Positions 20,876-30,632 of a stretch of 64,000 nucleotides of DNA are shown in pieces (positions within the stretch are counted from its first letter, which is position 1; every line of letters begins with the position of its first letter). Made by a program: the position numbers and the translations under genes. The notes beneath the pieces were generated by a model. That model searched no databases. It had not been told where the DNA came from and saw nothing but the letters and a program-made list of their open reading frames with translations. Source of the stretch: Gemmatimonadota bacterium (GTDB taxonomy: Bacteria; Gemmatimonadota; Gemmatimonadetes; Palauibacterales; Palauibacteraceae); assembly GCA_032251515.1 (NCBI GenBank), contig JAVVDU010000010.1, positions 5,244 through 69,243 on the forward strand, in the 5' to 3' direction.

Positions 20876-21516
20876 TCCTCCTCATCGACAACTACGACTC
20901 GTTCGTCTACAACCTGGCGCGCTACTTCGAGGAGCTGGGCGAAGCGACCCGCGTGGTGCGCAACGACCGGATCGGGGCCGCCGAGGCGCTCGCCGCCGGC
21001 GCGACGCACCTCGTCCTGTCGCCCGGTCCGCGGACGCCGCGCGAGGCGGGAATCTGCCTCGAGCTGGTCCGGCTGGCGCGGGACGTCCCCACCCTCGGCG
21101 TCTGCCTCGGGCACCAGTGCCTGGGGGCCGCGTTCGGCGCCCGCGTCGTGCGGGGTCCGCCCGTGCACGGGAAGTGCAGCCGCATCCGGCACGACGGGAC
21201 GGACCTGTTCACCGGCCTGCCCTCTCCCCTGTCCGTCGTCCGCTACCACTCGCTCGTGGTGGACCCGGGCTCGCTGGGCCCGGACCTCGTGCCCCTGGCC
21301 TGGACGGAGGGCGGCATCCTCATGGCGCTGCGCCACCGGAGGCGTCCCGCGTGGGGCGTCCAGTTCCATCCCGAGGCCGTCCTCACCGAGGCCGGCCACG
21401 CGCTGCTGGCGAACTTTCTCGCGCTGGGACGCGGCCGGGCGCCGGGCGGTCGCGCGGCCGCCCTCCCCGCGCCCGAGGTGGCACCGGGATCCGTGGAGGC
21501 CCCGGCGGCGGAGTGA
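20872..21516 (+). CDS. pabA: aminodeoxychorismate/anthranilate synthase component II (class I glutamine amidotransferase)
   Basis: GTG start overlapping the pabB stop. VILLIDNYDSFVYNLARYF, GVCLGHQCLG (catalytic Cys), VQFHPE. Confidence 0.85.
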   Translation: MILLIDNYDSFVYNLARYFEELGEATRVVRNDRIGAAEALAAGATHLVLSPGPRTPREAGICLELVRLARDVPTLGVCLGHQCLGAAFGARVVRGPPVHGKCSRIRHDGTDLFTGLPSPLSVVRYHSLVVDPGSLGPDLVPLAWTEGGILMALRHRRRPAWGVQFHPEAVLTEAGHALLANFLALGRGRAPGGRAAALPAPEVAPGSVEAPAAE

Positions 21517-21559
21517 GCCGGAGGGCCGGCGGCGGGGGGCGATGACGGGCCACGCCTCC

Positions 21560-23113
21560 TCACCCGCCGACGACGGGCGCGCCCCCGCGGAAGTGCAGCG
21601 CCTCCGCCACGTGTCCGGCCTCGACGCGGCCGGATCCGGCGAGGTCGGCCACCGTCCGCGCGACGCGCAGGACCCGGTGCTGCGCGCGGCCGCCGAGCGG
21701 CAGCCGCTCCGCCGCCTCGCCGAGCAGGGCCTCGGCCCCGGCGGTGAGCCGGCACGCCTCGGCCAGTGCCGGTCCCGGGAGCTCGGCGTTGCACAGGGCG
21801 GCGCACGCCCCGGCCGAGGAGAGACGGGCCGCCCGGCGGCGCGCTCGCTCCCGGGCGTTCCGGACCCGGTCGCGCACGGCGGCCGTCCGCTCGCCCCCGT
21901 CCGCGCCGGGACGCATGTCGCGCCACGGCACGGCCGGCACCTCGAGCCGCAGGTCGAACCGGTCCAGCAGGGGGCCGCTGATCCGGCCCACGTAGCGGCG
22001 CACCGCTCCCTCGTCGCAGACGCAGCGACCCGTGCCGGAGGTGCGATAGCCGCAGGGACAGGGATTCATCGCGGCCACGAGCTGGAAGCGGGCCGGGAAC
22101 GAGGCCACGGTGCGGGCCCGCACGATCCGGACGCATCCTTGCTCCAGCGGTGCCCGCAGCCCCTCGAGCACCGATGCGCGGAACGCCTGGAGCTCGTCCA
22201 GGAACAGCACCCCCCGGTGCGCGAGGGACACTTCGCCCGGCGCGGGCGAGCTGCCCCCGCCGAGCAGCCCGGCGGCCGTCACGGTGTGGTGCGGGGCCCG
22301 GAACGGTCGCGCCACGCGCGCCGCCTCTCCGGCGGCCGCTCCGGACGCGATCCCGTGCACCATCATCGTCTCCACCGCCTCGGCGGCCGTGAGCGGCGGG
22401 AGAAGCCCGGGCAACCGGTTCGCGAGCATGGTCTTGCCCGCCCCCGGCTCGCCGCTCAGCAACAGATGGTGCCCACCGGCCGCGGCGATCTCGAGGGCCC
22501 GCCGGGCGGCGGACTGGCCTCGCACGTCGGACAGGTCCGGGTGGTTGGTCGCGGGAGCGGGCGGCGGCGCGCGGGGCGGGCGGGCGAGCGGCGCCCCCTC
22601 CTCCAGCCACGACAGTACCGCACCGAGGTCGGACGCCCCGAAGATGCGCAACCGCCCTTCGTGCAGCCCGGCGAGCTCGGACAGCCCGGCGCGCGGTACC
22701 ACGAGCGTGTCGATCCCCGCATCCCCGGCGGCGTGCAGGGCGAAGGCGAGCACGCCCCGGACCGGCCGGACAACGCCGCTGAGGCCCAGTTCGCCCACGA
22801 GGGCCGTCCGCGCCAGGCGGCGGTCCACGTCGGCTCCCCGCCGCGCCAGGATCGCCGCCGCGATCGGGAGGTCGAACGCCGCGCCGTCCTTGGGGAGATC
22901 CGCGGGCGCCAGGTTCACGGTGACCCGCAGGCCCGGGATCCGCCGCCCGAGCGCCGCGGCGGCGGCACGGACCCTCTCGGCCGTCGCCCGCGCGGAGGCG
23001 GCCGGGAGCCCGCTCGCGTGAATCCCGGGCGTGCCCCTGCGGACCGCCACTTCGATCCGCACGGGCACGGGCCGGATCCCACTCAGTCCATAGGCGGCGG
23101 CGACCCTGTACAC
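21560..23113 (-). CDS. comM: YifB/ComM family Mg-chelatase-like AAA ATPase
   Basis: Lon-like N-domain, Walker A LLSGEPGAGKTMLA, VLFLDELQAF, and the C-terminal Cys cluster AAMNPCPCGY. Confidence 0.85.
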   Translation of the reverse strand: MYRVAAAYGLSGIRPVPVRIEVAVRRGTPGIHASGLPAASARATAERVRAAAAALGRRIPGLRVTVNLAPADLPKDGAAFDLPIAAAILARRGADVDRRLARTALVGELGLSGVVRPVRGVLAFALHAAGDAGIDTLVVPRAGLSELAGLHEGRLRIFGASDLGAVLSWLEEGAPLARPPRAPPPAPATNHPDLSDVRGQSAARRALEIAAAGGHHLLLSGEPGAGKTMLANRLPGLLPPLTAAEAVETMMVHGIASGAAAGEAARVARPFRAPHHTVTAAGLLGGGSSPAPGEVSLAHRGVLFLDELQAFRASVLEGLRAPLEQGCVRIVRARTVASFPARFQLVAAMNPCPCGYRTSGTGRCVCDEGAVRRYVGRISGPLLDRFDLRLEVPAVPWRDMRPGADGGERTAAVRDRVRNARERARRRAARLSSAGACAALCNAELPGPALAEACRLTAGAEALLGEAAERLPLGGRAQHRVLRVARTVADLAGSGRVEAGHVAEALHFRGGAPVVGG

Positions 23114-23146
23114 GCCCGAACGATGGGGCGTCGGATCATCGCGCGG

Positions 23147-23656
23147 TCATCGCTCCGGCGAGGGATGCTCCGTCTCGGGGTCCGCTCCGCTCCGCAGGGC
23201 GGTCCAGGCCCGGGGGTGCGCCCGGACCAGGAGCCCGCCCATCGCGACGCCCGCCAGGATGTTCGCGGCGGCGACGAGCCCCCAGCCCGGCACGCGGGCA
23301 CCGCTCGCCTCGAGGGCGGTGAAACCCGCCAGGGAGAGGAAGAAGCCGGCCAGGCCGGCGTACAGCACGACGATCGCGAACGAGGGGTGTCTCTCCGCCT
23401 GCAGCACGAGCCACGCCGCGGCCGTACCGATCGCCAGGAAGGCGAGCAGGTGGAGTCCGTTCACCGCGAACACGGCGCCGGCGGTCCCGCCGCGGGCCCC
23501 CGTGCCGGCGAGCCCGGATCCGAGGTCGATCGCGGCGGCGAAGAAGGAACGGCCGGCCAGCAGGCTGGCCACCCCGAAGAACAGGACGATGGCGAGATAG
23601 CCCGCGAGGCCCGCGGTGAGGCCCTCCACGAGCACGAGTCGACGCCGTGGCTGCAT
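23147..23656 (-). CDS. hypothetical membrane protein, 4-5 TM
   Basis: Hydrophobic helices, no family recognised. Located downstream of comM. Confidence 0.4.
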   Translation of the reverse strand: MQPRRRLVLVEGLTAGLAGYLAIVLFFGVASLLAGRSFFAAAIDLGSGLAGTGARGGTAGAVFAVNGLHLLAFLAIGTAAAWLVLQAERHPSFAIVVLYAGLAGFFLSLAGFTALEASGARVPGWGLVAAANILAGVAMGGLLVRAHPRAWTALRSGADPETEHPSPER

Positions 23657-23740
23657 CGGACCCTCCCTGCTGGAGACCGGTCTCGCGTCCGCTCATGGAC
23701 CGTCTTGAAATCTGTCGGATCTCAGGTTCCGCGGCTACAC

Positions 23741-24784
23741 TTGCCCGGTCCGGTCGGCACGCCCGCCCCTTCGCGGCCCGGGCTTCTGCGCGGGCCGGCC
23801 CGCTGCGCCGGCAGAGAGGAGACCGTCCTGGCGAACCCAGCACACGCCCATCCCGCCGCGTCCGCGGCGCGACCGACGACGGCCGCCGCCGGTTACGCCG
23901 CCGCCGTCGCCGCCGGAGCGCTGTGGGGTACGACCGGACCGCTGAGCACGGCTCTCTACGCGACGGGCGCCGAGCTCACATCCGTCGGCTTCTGGCGCAT
24001 CGCCGTGGCCGCCGCCGGTCTCGCCGCGCTGGCGGTCGTGCGCCCGGCACTGCGGCGCGTGGACCGCACGGCGCTCCTCCTGGTCGGGGGGCTCGGCGGA
24101 GCGCTCGTGGCCCTGTTCGAGATCGCCTACCAGTTCGGCATCGCGGGCACAGGGGTGGCGGGCGCCGCGGCCCTGCTGTACACGGCGCCCGTGCTCGTGG
24201 CCCTCCTCGCCGGTCCGCTGCTCGGTGAGCAGGTCACCGCCCGGCGCCTTCTCCTGGCCGTCGCCGTGATGGCCGGAGCGGCCCTCACCGTGCTCGGCGG
24301 AACGGGCGTGGAAGAGGTCTTCCCGGACCGCGTGCGGGGACTGGTGGCGGGCGTGATCGGCGGACTTCTGGCCGCCCTCGCGTACGCCGGCACGACGCTG
24401 GTGGCCCGGTTCGCGGTGCCCCGCTACGGGGCGCTCCGCGTCCTCGCGCTCGAGATGATGGGAGGGACGCTCCTTCTGGCGGTGATCCTGCCGCTGGCGG
24501 GTCGGCCGCCCGCCCTGCCGGGCGGTCCCGGGGCCTGGCTGTACGTGCTGCTCCTCGCCCTCGGCGCGGTGCTGGGGGCGAACGCGCTCTTCTTCGCCGC
24601 CCTGAAGCGGATCGCGGCAGCCCCGGCTTCCGTGGCGGCCACCGTCGAGCCGGTCGTCGCGGCGGGACTGGGCGTCGTGCTGCTGGGACAGGTCCTCGCC
24701 CCGGCCGGGTGGCTCGGCCTGTCGCTCGTGGTGGCCGCCGTGGCGACGGGCTACCTGCTCGAAGCGCGCGCCGGCGCCGGATGA
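23741..24784 (+). CDS. EamA/DMT family transporter; start uncertain
   Basis: Ten predicted TM helices with a duplicated EamA pattern. In-frame TTG at 23741; no ATG or GTG near the first TM helix. Confidence 0.65.
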   Translation: MPGPVGTPAPSRPGLLRGPARCAGREETVLANPAHAHPAASAARPTTAAAGYAAAVAAGALWGTTGPLSTALYATGAELTSVGFWRIAVAAAGLAALAVVRPALRRVDRTALLLVGGLGGALVALFEIAYQFGIAGTGVAGAAALLYTAPVLVALLAGPLLGEQVTARRLLLAVAVMAGAALTVLGGTGVEEVFPDRVRGLVAGVIGGLLAALAYAGTTLVARFAVPRYGALRVLALEMMGGTLLLAVILPLAGRPPALPGGPGAWLYVLLLALGAVLGANALFFAALKRIAAAPASVAATVEPVVAAGLGVVLLGQVLAPAGWLGLSLVVAAVATGYLLEARAGAG

Positions 24785-24903
24785 GCGACGGACCGTCCGC
24801 ACCGCGAGGGACGCGCCGCATCCCGGGGAGATGCGTCGCGTCCTGGAGAAGTCCCCGTGGCCCGGGGCGTTTCGCGGCGCGGCGGATCCGCTAGATTCTC
24901 CCG

Positions 24904-25602
24904 GTGAACCGGAACGAGCCAGCCGCCCCGACCCGCCTGGAGCGCCTCGCGTGGCCGGCCGTGGTGGAGCACCTGCGCAGCTCGCCGCGGCTCCTGATGG
25001 CCGTGGGAAGCTGCGTTCAGCACGGGCCGCACCTTCCACTCGGCACGGACACGCTGATCGCCGAGCGGCTGGCGGAGGACGTTGCGGCGCGAACGGGCCT
25101 CCTGCTCGCGCCGACGTTCTCGTTCGGCGTCACGTCGCGGCGCGACCGGGAGTTCGCCGGCACGGCGGCGCTGGATCGAAAGACGCTGCACCGGGTGCTG
25201 AACGAGTTCGTGGAGTCGTGGGAGCGGCACGGCCTGCAGGAGATCGTGTTCCTGACCGCGAACGGCCATCCGCGGCACATCCAGGCCCTCGCGATGGTCG
25301 TCGCCGAGCGGGTCCGCGTCCGCTCCATCGACCTGCACGCGTTCGACCTGCGGCAGTTCCTGAGCGGCGCCTCGCGTCCGGACCACGGGGGCGAACTCGA
25401 GACCTCGCTGATGCTGCATCTCGCGCCGGATCTCGTCCGCTGCGAAGCGATCCCCGCGGCGGACGAACCGGAACAGGGCGCCGCGAGGCGCCGGCCCGGT
25501 CCGCTGGGGGCCGGGGGACGTCCGTGGCTGGCCAGTGCCGAGAAAGGACGCCGGATTCATGCGCATCTCGTCGAGACCATCACCCGGCGCCTCGCCGGTT
25601 GA
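24904..25602 (+). CDS. creatininase-family amidohydrolase
   Basis: GSCVQHGPHLPLGTD and HGGELETSLMLHL motifs of the creatininase / MftE-like fold. Confidence 0.8.
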   Translation: MNRNEPAAPTRLERLAWPAVVEHLRSSPRLLMAVGSCVQHGPHLPLGTDTLIAERLAEDVAARTGLLLAPTFSFGVTSRRDREFAGTAALDRKTLHRVLNEFVESWERHGLQEIVFLTANGHPRHIQALAMVVAERVRVRSIDLHAFDLRQFLSGASRPDHGGELETSLMLHLAPDLVRCEAIPAADEPEQGAARRRPGPLGAGGRPWLASAEKGRRIHAHLVETITRRLAG

Positions 25603-26368
25603 CGCCGGGCCGCGGCGAGCGCTGCGCCCCGGTCTCCACCCGGGGCGTTTCTCGCTGCTCGCGGCGCTCCTCGCCGGCGCGCTGCCCGGGCCCCTCGGCG
25701 CCCAGTCGGGCGAGACGCTCGACCAGGGGCGGTTCGAGATCCGGATCGACGGGGCCGTGCGCGGACAGGAGAGCTTCGCGATCCGCCGCCAGGGCGCCGG
25801 CATCATGGCCGTGGGACGCCTGAGCCGCGAAGGAGCGGGCGCGTGGATCGGCTCGGCGGAGGTCGGCCTGCGAACCGACGGGCCGGGCGGACCGCTGCGC
25901 TACGAGTACCGCTCGCTCCAGCGTCCCGTGACGCGCATCATCGCGACCCGGACCGGGCGCCGGATCCGGATCACCACGAACGACCCGGAGGGCGAGCGGA
26001 TGACGGAGCTCGCCCCCGACCCCGGCCTCGTCCTCCTGCAGCCCGGGGTCGCTCACCAGTACTGGTTTCTCGTGTACCGTCTTCGCTCGTCGTCCGGTGA
26101 CGCCCTGTCGACGCTGGATCCGCGCGCCGCACGCACGGGGCCCGTCCAGCTCCTGGACCGGCAGGACGTGGCGCTGGAAGGCCCGGACGGCGAGGTCCGA
26201 CAGGCGGTCCTGTCCGAGGTGCGGGTCGACGGCACGCTGCACCGCGTGTGGACGGATGCGGCCACGGACATCCTGCTCCGCGTCGAGATCCCGGAGCGGC
26301 GCTGGACCGCCGTGCGCCTGCCGGATCGATCCGAAGCCGAGTCCCTGTCCCCCGAGGAGGCACCATGA
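25559..26368 (+). CDS. secreted hypothetical protein (signal peptide)
   Basis: ATG at 25559 with an AAGGA RBS. FSLLAALLAGALPGPLGAQS signal. Overlaps the creatininase 3' end by 44 nt. No family recognised. Confidence 0.45.
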   Translation: MRISSRPSPGASPVDAGPRRALRPGLHPGRFSLLAALLAGALPGPLGAQSGETLDQGRFEIRIDGAVRGQESFAIRRQGAGIMAVGRLSREGAGAWIGSAEVGLRTDGPGGPLRYEYRSLQRPVTRIIATRTGRRIRITTNDPEGERMTELAPDPGLVLLQPGVAHQYWFLVYRLRSSSGDALSTLDPRAARTGPVQLLDRQDVALEGPDGEVRQAVLSEVRVDGTLHRVWTDAATDILLRVEIPERRWTAVRLPDRSEAESLSPEEAP

Positions 26369-27081
26369 CGGAGACGACGTCCGAGTCGAGCGCATCGCCC
26401 GTGGTGGAAGCGCCGCCGCTTCCGGCACTGCCGGTCCGCCTCGTCCAGGTGTTCACGTCGCCGGCCCGGCTGTTCGACGCCCTGGCCGCCACCCCGCGCT
26501 GGGTCGGCGCCCTGGTGACCGTGGTCGCGCTCGGCCTCGTGGTCCAGGCGCTGATCCCGGCCGACATGCTGCGAGAGCTCATGATGGCCGGCCTCCCCCG
26601 GGACGCCACGCCGGAGCAGATCGCTGCGGCCGAGCGGGGCGTGGAGATCGGGATGAACGTGCGCTGGGTCGGCACCGTCCTCTTCCCGCCCCTGCTGGTG
26701 CTGCTCGCGGCAGGCTACGTGCTCCTGGTCTGGAATACGCTCCTGGGGGGAGACGCCGGGTTCCGCCCGATCTTCGCCAGCGCCTCGCACGCCTACGTGA
26801 TCTGGGCGTTCGGCGGTCTCCTCACGCTGCCGCTCGTGCTGGCGAGCGGCGACCCCAGAACGGCCTTCGCACTCCACCTCCTGGTGCCGTTCCTCGAGCC
26901 CGACGGCTACGCCTTCCGGTTCCTGCGGGGGCTGAACGTGTTCGGACTGTGGACGATGATCGTGCTCGGGGTGGCGGTCAGCCGATTGTACCCGCGCCGG
27001 TCGGCCGGGGGAGCGGCCGCGGTGCTCGTCCTCACCTACGTCCTGCTGAAGGCCGTGGGCGCGATCCTGGCCCCGGCGTGA
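26362..27081 (+). CDS. Yip1-domain family membrane protein
   Basis: Start MTETTSESSASP; five TM helices with Yip1-like topology. Confidence 0.55.
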   Translation, partial: TMTETTSESSASPVVEAPPLPALPVRLVQVFTSPARLFDALAATPRWVGALVTVVALGLVVQALIPADMLRELMMAGLPRDATPEQIAAAERGVEIGMNVRWVGTVLFPPLLVLLAAGYVLLVWNTLLGGDAGFRPIFASASHAYVIWAFGGLLTLPLVLASGDPRTAFALHLLVPFLEPDGYAFRFLRGLNVFGLWTMIVLGVAVSRLYPRRSAGGAAAVLVLTYVLLKAVGAILAPA

Positions 27082-27282
27082 CCGGGTGAGACGCCGCGTC
27101 CGGCCCGCGCGCGGCGTCCCGCCCGGCGGCTTAACGAAACGGGCCCGGTGCGTGTTCTCCAGCGGGCGGATGCGCGACGCGCCGGACCGGCGATACCGCA
27201 CCGGCGAAACCGCCGTTGGTCCCCTCCCGTACGTCGACCGGGACCATGAATCTCCAGGCGAAACGGAACGAGCGATCGAACG

Positions 27283-28581
27283 ATGTCCCGTGGAAAGAAG
27301 ATAGGGATCGGAGCCGGCGTCCTCGTGGTGCTCGGCATGATGGCGGCGGCCGCCCTGGCCGGAGGACGCGAGAAGGGCGTCGAGGTGCGGGTCGAGGAGG
27401 TCGAGCGGCGCGACCTGGTCGCTCGGGTCTCCTCGACGGGGCACATCGAGCCCTTGAAGCTCGTCGACATCAGTGCCGACGTATCCGGCCGGATCGTCGA
27501 GCTGAACGTCGAGGAGGGCGACGAGGTGACCGAGGGAGACCTCCTCCTCGTCATCGACCCGGTCCGCTTCGAGGCCGCCGTGCAGCGGGCCGAGGCGGCG
27601 CTGGCGGAGGCGAAGGCCCGCGAGATCCAGGCGCGCACCAACGCCGGCCAGGCGCGGCGGGACTGGGAGAGGATCCGGGACCTGAAGGCCCGCCTGCCGG
27701 AGCTCGTCACCGAGACGGAGTTCGAGACCGCGCGCACGCAGGCGGAGGTGCAGGAGGCCCTGGCCGGCTCGGCCAAGCACGGTGTCGAGATGGCCGAGGC
27801 CAGCCTCGCCGAAGCCCGGGACGCGCTCTCCAAGACGGTGATCCGCTCCCCCATGAGCGGCCGCGTCACGCGGCTGAACGTGGAACGGGGAGAGACGGCG
27901 ATCGTGGGCACGATGAACAATCCTGGAAGCCTGCTGCTCACGGTGGCGGACCTGTCCGTCATGGAGGCCGTGATCGAGGTCGACGAGACGGACGTGCCGG
28001 AGATTGCGATCGGCGACTCCGTCTCGGTCACCATCGACGCGTTCCCGAACCGCGAGTTCCCGGGACGGGTCACGAAGATCGGGAACAGCTCGATCCGTCC
28101 CCGCACCCAGGGGCAGGCGAGCTCGGACCAGGCGATCGACTTCGAGGTGCGCGTGACGCTGGACGAGCCCGGCATCGCTCTGCGGCCGGATCTTTCGGCG
28201 TCGGCGGACGTGATCACCGACATCCGCGATGACGTCCTGGCCATCCCCATCATCGCGCTGACGCTGCGCGACCCGGGCGACTACGAGGAGATCCCCAGCG
28301 AGCTGCGCGAGACCGGGGACGGCGACACGGTGCCGGCCGGCCGGGCGGCGGCGAGGGACGGCTCCGAGCCAGTGGAGGGGGTGTTCGTGGTGGACGGCGA
28401 CCGTGTCCGGTTCCGCCCCGTGGAAGTCGGGATCGCGGGCGAGAGCCACTTCGAGGTGCTGAGCGGGCTGGAAGAGGGCGAGCGCGTCGTCTCCGGCACG
28501 TATCAGGCGATCCGGGAGCTGGAGGACGGGAGCGTCGTCCAGGTGGTCCGGGAGGACTCCACGGCGGAGGGGGCACGGTGA
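27283..28581 (+). CDS. efflux transporter periplasmic adaptor (MacA/HlyD family)
   Basis: N-terminal TM, biotinyl-lipoyl-like motifs ([42 protein letters not shown]) and a coiled coil. Confidence 0.85.
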   Translation: MSRGKKIGIGAGVLVVLGMMAAAALAGGREKGVEVRVEEVERRDLVARVSSTGHIEPLKLVDISADVSGRIVELNVEEGDEVTEGDLLLVIDPVRFEAAVQRAEAALAEAKAREIQARTNAGQARRDWERIRDLKARLPELVTETEFETARTQAEVQEALAGSAKHGVEMAEASLAEARDALSKTVIRSPMSGRVTRLNVERGETAIVGTMNNPGSLLLTVADLSVMEAVIEVDETDVPEIAIGDSVSVTIDAFPNREFPGRVTKIGNSSIRPRTQGQASSDQAIDFEVRVTLDEPGIALRPDLSASADVITDIRDDVLAIPIIALTLRDPGDYEEIPSELRETGDGDTVPAGRAAARDGSEPVEGVFVVDGDRVRFRPVEVGIAGESHFEVLSGLEEGERVVSGTYQAIRELEDGSVVQVVREDSTAEGAR

Positions 28582-29315
28582 GGGGAGAGGCGGAGATGGG
28601 AGCACCGGGCGAGGTCATCATCGAGACCCGGAACCTGCAGAAGCACTACGTGATGGGAGCGGAGACGATCCGGGCCCTGGCGGGAGTGGACGTGCAGGTG
28701 CGGCGGAACGAGTACATCGCGATCATGGGTCCCTCCGGGTCCGGCAAGTCCACGCTGATGAACCTCATCGGCTGTCTCGACACCCCGTCCGGCGGCGAGT
28801 ACGTCCTGAACGGGACCCCGGTCCAGGACCTGCACGACGACGAGCTGGCGCGGATCCGCAACCGGGAGATCGGCTTCGTATTCCAGACGTTCAACCTCCT
28901 GCCGCGCGCCTCGGCCCTCCACAACGTCGAGCTGCCGCTGATCTACGCCGGCGTGCCGTCCCGCGAGCGGCAGAAGAAGGCCAGGGAGGCGCTGGCGCGC
29001 GTCGACCTGGCCGACCGCACGGACCACCGGCCGAACGAGCTGTCGGGAGGCCAGCGCCAGCGCGTGGCGATCGCCCGCGCCCTCGTGAACGATCCCTCGA
29101 TCCTGCTGGCCGACGAGCCGACGGGGAACCTCGACTCGAAGACGTCCGCAGAGATCATGAACGTGTTCGACGAGCTCCACGCGGCGGGACAGACGATCAT
29201 CATGGTCACGCACGAGCACGACATCTCCGAGCGCGCGCAGCGCGTCGTGACGCTGCGGGACGGCCTGATCGAGTCCCACGACGCCCGGGCCGACGGCATC
29301 GTCGCGGGGGTGTGA
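28578..29315 (+). CDS. ABC transporter ATP-binding protein (MacB/LolD type)
   Basis: Walker [10 protein letters not shown], signature [15 protein letters not shown], Walker [12 protein letters not shown]. Confidence 0.9.
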   Translation: MRGEAEMGAPGEVIIETRNLQKHYVMGAETIRALAGVDVQVRRNEYIAIMGPSGSGKSTLMNLIGCLDTPSGGEYVLNGTPVQDLHDDELARIRNREIGFVFQTFNLLPRASALHNVELPLIYAGVPSRERQKKAREALARVDLADRTDHRPNELSGGQRQRVAIARALVNDPSILLADEPTGNLDSKTSAEIMNVFDELHAAGQTIIMVTHEHDISERAQRVVTLRDGLIESHDARADGIVAGV

Positions 29316-29387
29316 GCGGTCCGCCCGGCCGCGCCGGCCGGGCGGGACAAGGAGCGGGACAAGGAACGGAAAGCGGGACCACGACGC

Positions 29388-30632
29388 GTGTACATCCTGG
29401 AAGGCATCCGCCTCGCGCTCCAGCAGGTCTGGCTGCACAAGCTGAAGTCCGTCTTCACGCTGATCGGCGTGGTGATCGGCATCACCTTCCTGATCGCCGT
29501 GATCACGATCGTGGAGGGGATGAACCGCTACGTGCAGGACGACTTCGCCGGCTCGCTGTTCGGGGTGAACACGTTCACGGTCGTCCGGCGCTCCCGCATC
29601 CAGACGGGCGCCGAGACCGACGAGCAGCGGCGCGCGCGGGCCCGTAACCCGGACCTCGAGCTGCACGACGTGGAGATCGTGCGGGCGGCCGTGCCGGATG
29701 CCTGGCGCTTCGCGTGGGCCGACGACCGGGGGTTCGACGAGGTCTCGTGGAAGGACCGCCGCCGCCGGAACATTCGCCTGATCGGCGCCTCGGACGGCTA
29801 CGAGGCGCTGCAGGGCTGGGAGATCGAAAGGGGACGGGGCCTGGCCCCGCTGGACGAACGGCGGGGGCTCCAGGTGGCGGTGATCGGGGCCGAGATCGCG
29901 GATCGCCTCTATCCGGACGTGGATCCGATCGGCAAGGAGATCCGCCTCGGCGCCCGCCGGTTCCGGGTCGTGGGCGTGTGGGAGCGGCAGGGCGGCCTGC
30001 TGGGCAACATCCGGGATGCCTCGGTCCTCATCCCCTTTTCCACCTGGCGCCAGGCCTTCGCCCGCGATCCGAACCGGGTCGGCGAGATCAGCGTGAAGTT
30101 CCGCACCGCCGAGGAGATGCGCGCCGGCATGGCGGCGGTGGAGGGGGCGCTGCGCGCGGACCGGGGGCTCAGACCGGGCGAGGAGAACACCTTCTGGCTC
30201 GAGACCTCCAACGAACTCCTGGACACCTGGGAGACGATCAGCCGCGTCCTGTTCGCCGCCATCCCCGGTCTCGTGTCGATCTCGCTCCTGGTCGGTGGCA
30301 TCGTGATCATGAACATCATGCTGCTGTCCGTGGCGGGCCGGGTGCGCGAGATCGGGATCCGCAAGGCGGTGGGCGCCCGCCGGGCCGACATCCTCGTCCA
30401 GTTCCTCGCCGAGTCGTCCACCCTGTCGCTCGTCGGGGCGGCGGTCGGGGTGCTCCTCGGCATCGGGATCGCCAAGGGCGTCGCGCGGTTCACGCCGCTT
30501 CCCGCCTCCGTACCGGTCTGGGCGATCGTCCTCGGACTGGCGCTCGGGCTGATCGTCGGCGTCGGCTCGGGCCTGTACCCGGCGTACCGGGCGGCACGGC
30601 AGGACCCGATCGTAGCCCTGCGCTATGACTGA
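29388..30632 (+). CDS. ABC transporter permease, FtsX/MacB family
   Basis: GTG start. N-terminal TM, a large periplasmic domain, and three C-terminal TM helices (FtsX fold). Confidence 0.85.
   Translation: MYILEGIRLALQQVWLHKLKSVFTLIGVVIGITFLIAVITIVEGMNRYVQDDFAGSLFGVNTFTVVRRSRIQTGAETDEQRRARARNPDLELHDVEIVRAAVPDAWRFAWADDRGFDEVSWKDRRRRNIRLIGASDGYEALQGWEIERGRGLAPLDERRGLQVAVIGAEIADRLYPDVDPIGKEIRLGARRFRVVGVWERQGGLLGNIRDASVLIPFSTWRQAFARDPNRVGEISVKFRTAEEMRAGMAAVEGALRADRGLRPGEENTFWLETSNELLDTWETISRVLFAAIPGLVSISLLVGGIVIMNIMLLSVAGRVREIGIRKAVGARRADILVQFLAESSTLSLVGAAVGVLLGIGIAKGVARFTPLPASVPVWAIVLGLALGLIVGVGSGLYPAYRAARQDPIVALRYD

Noticed and set aside
23700-23745. TTGAAA...TACACT as a sigma70 promoter for the EamA gene
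   Set aside because: The spacer is ~25 nt, far from the 17-nt optimum. It was left unannotated.
21542-24784. 1080-aa plus-strand ORF, plus similar giant Arg/Pro/Gly-rich ORFs (4941..7373, 7172..9643, 44252..47965, 51016..54228, 58914..61598 and others)
   Set aside because: Low-complexity Arg/Pro/Gly-rich translations that lie antisense or out of frame to clearly homologous genes. They are typical shadow ORFs of a 70% GC genome. Only the last ~320 codons of 21542..24784 are a real EamA transporter.
28500-28560. CRISPR arrays, integrases, transposases, toxin-antitoxin pairs or phage genes anywhere in the window
   Set aside because: None seen. The only repeats are short in-frame codon repeats (the S6 tail) and the 17-bp duplication at mnmA. 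The coordinates given are a placeholder only, because these absent features have no location.
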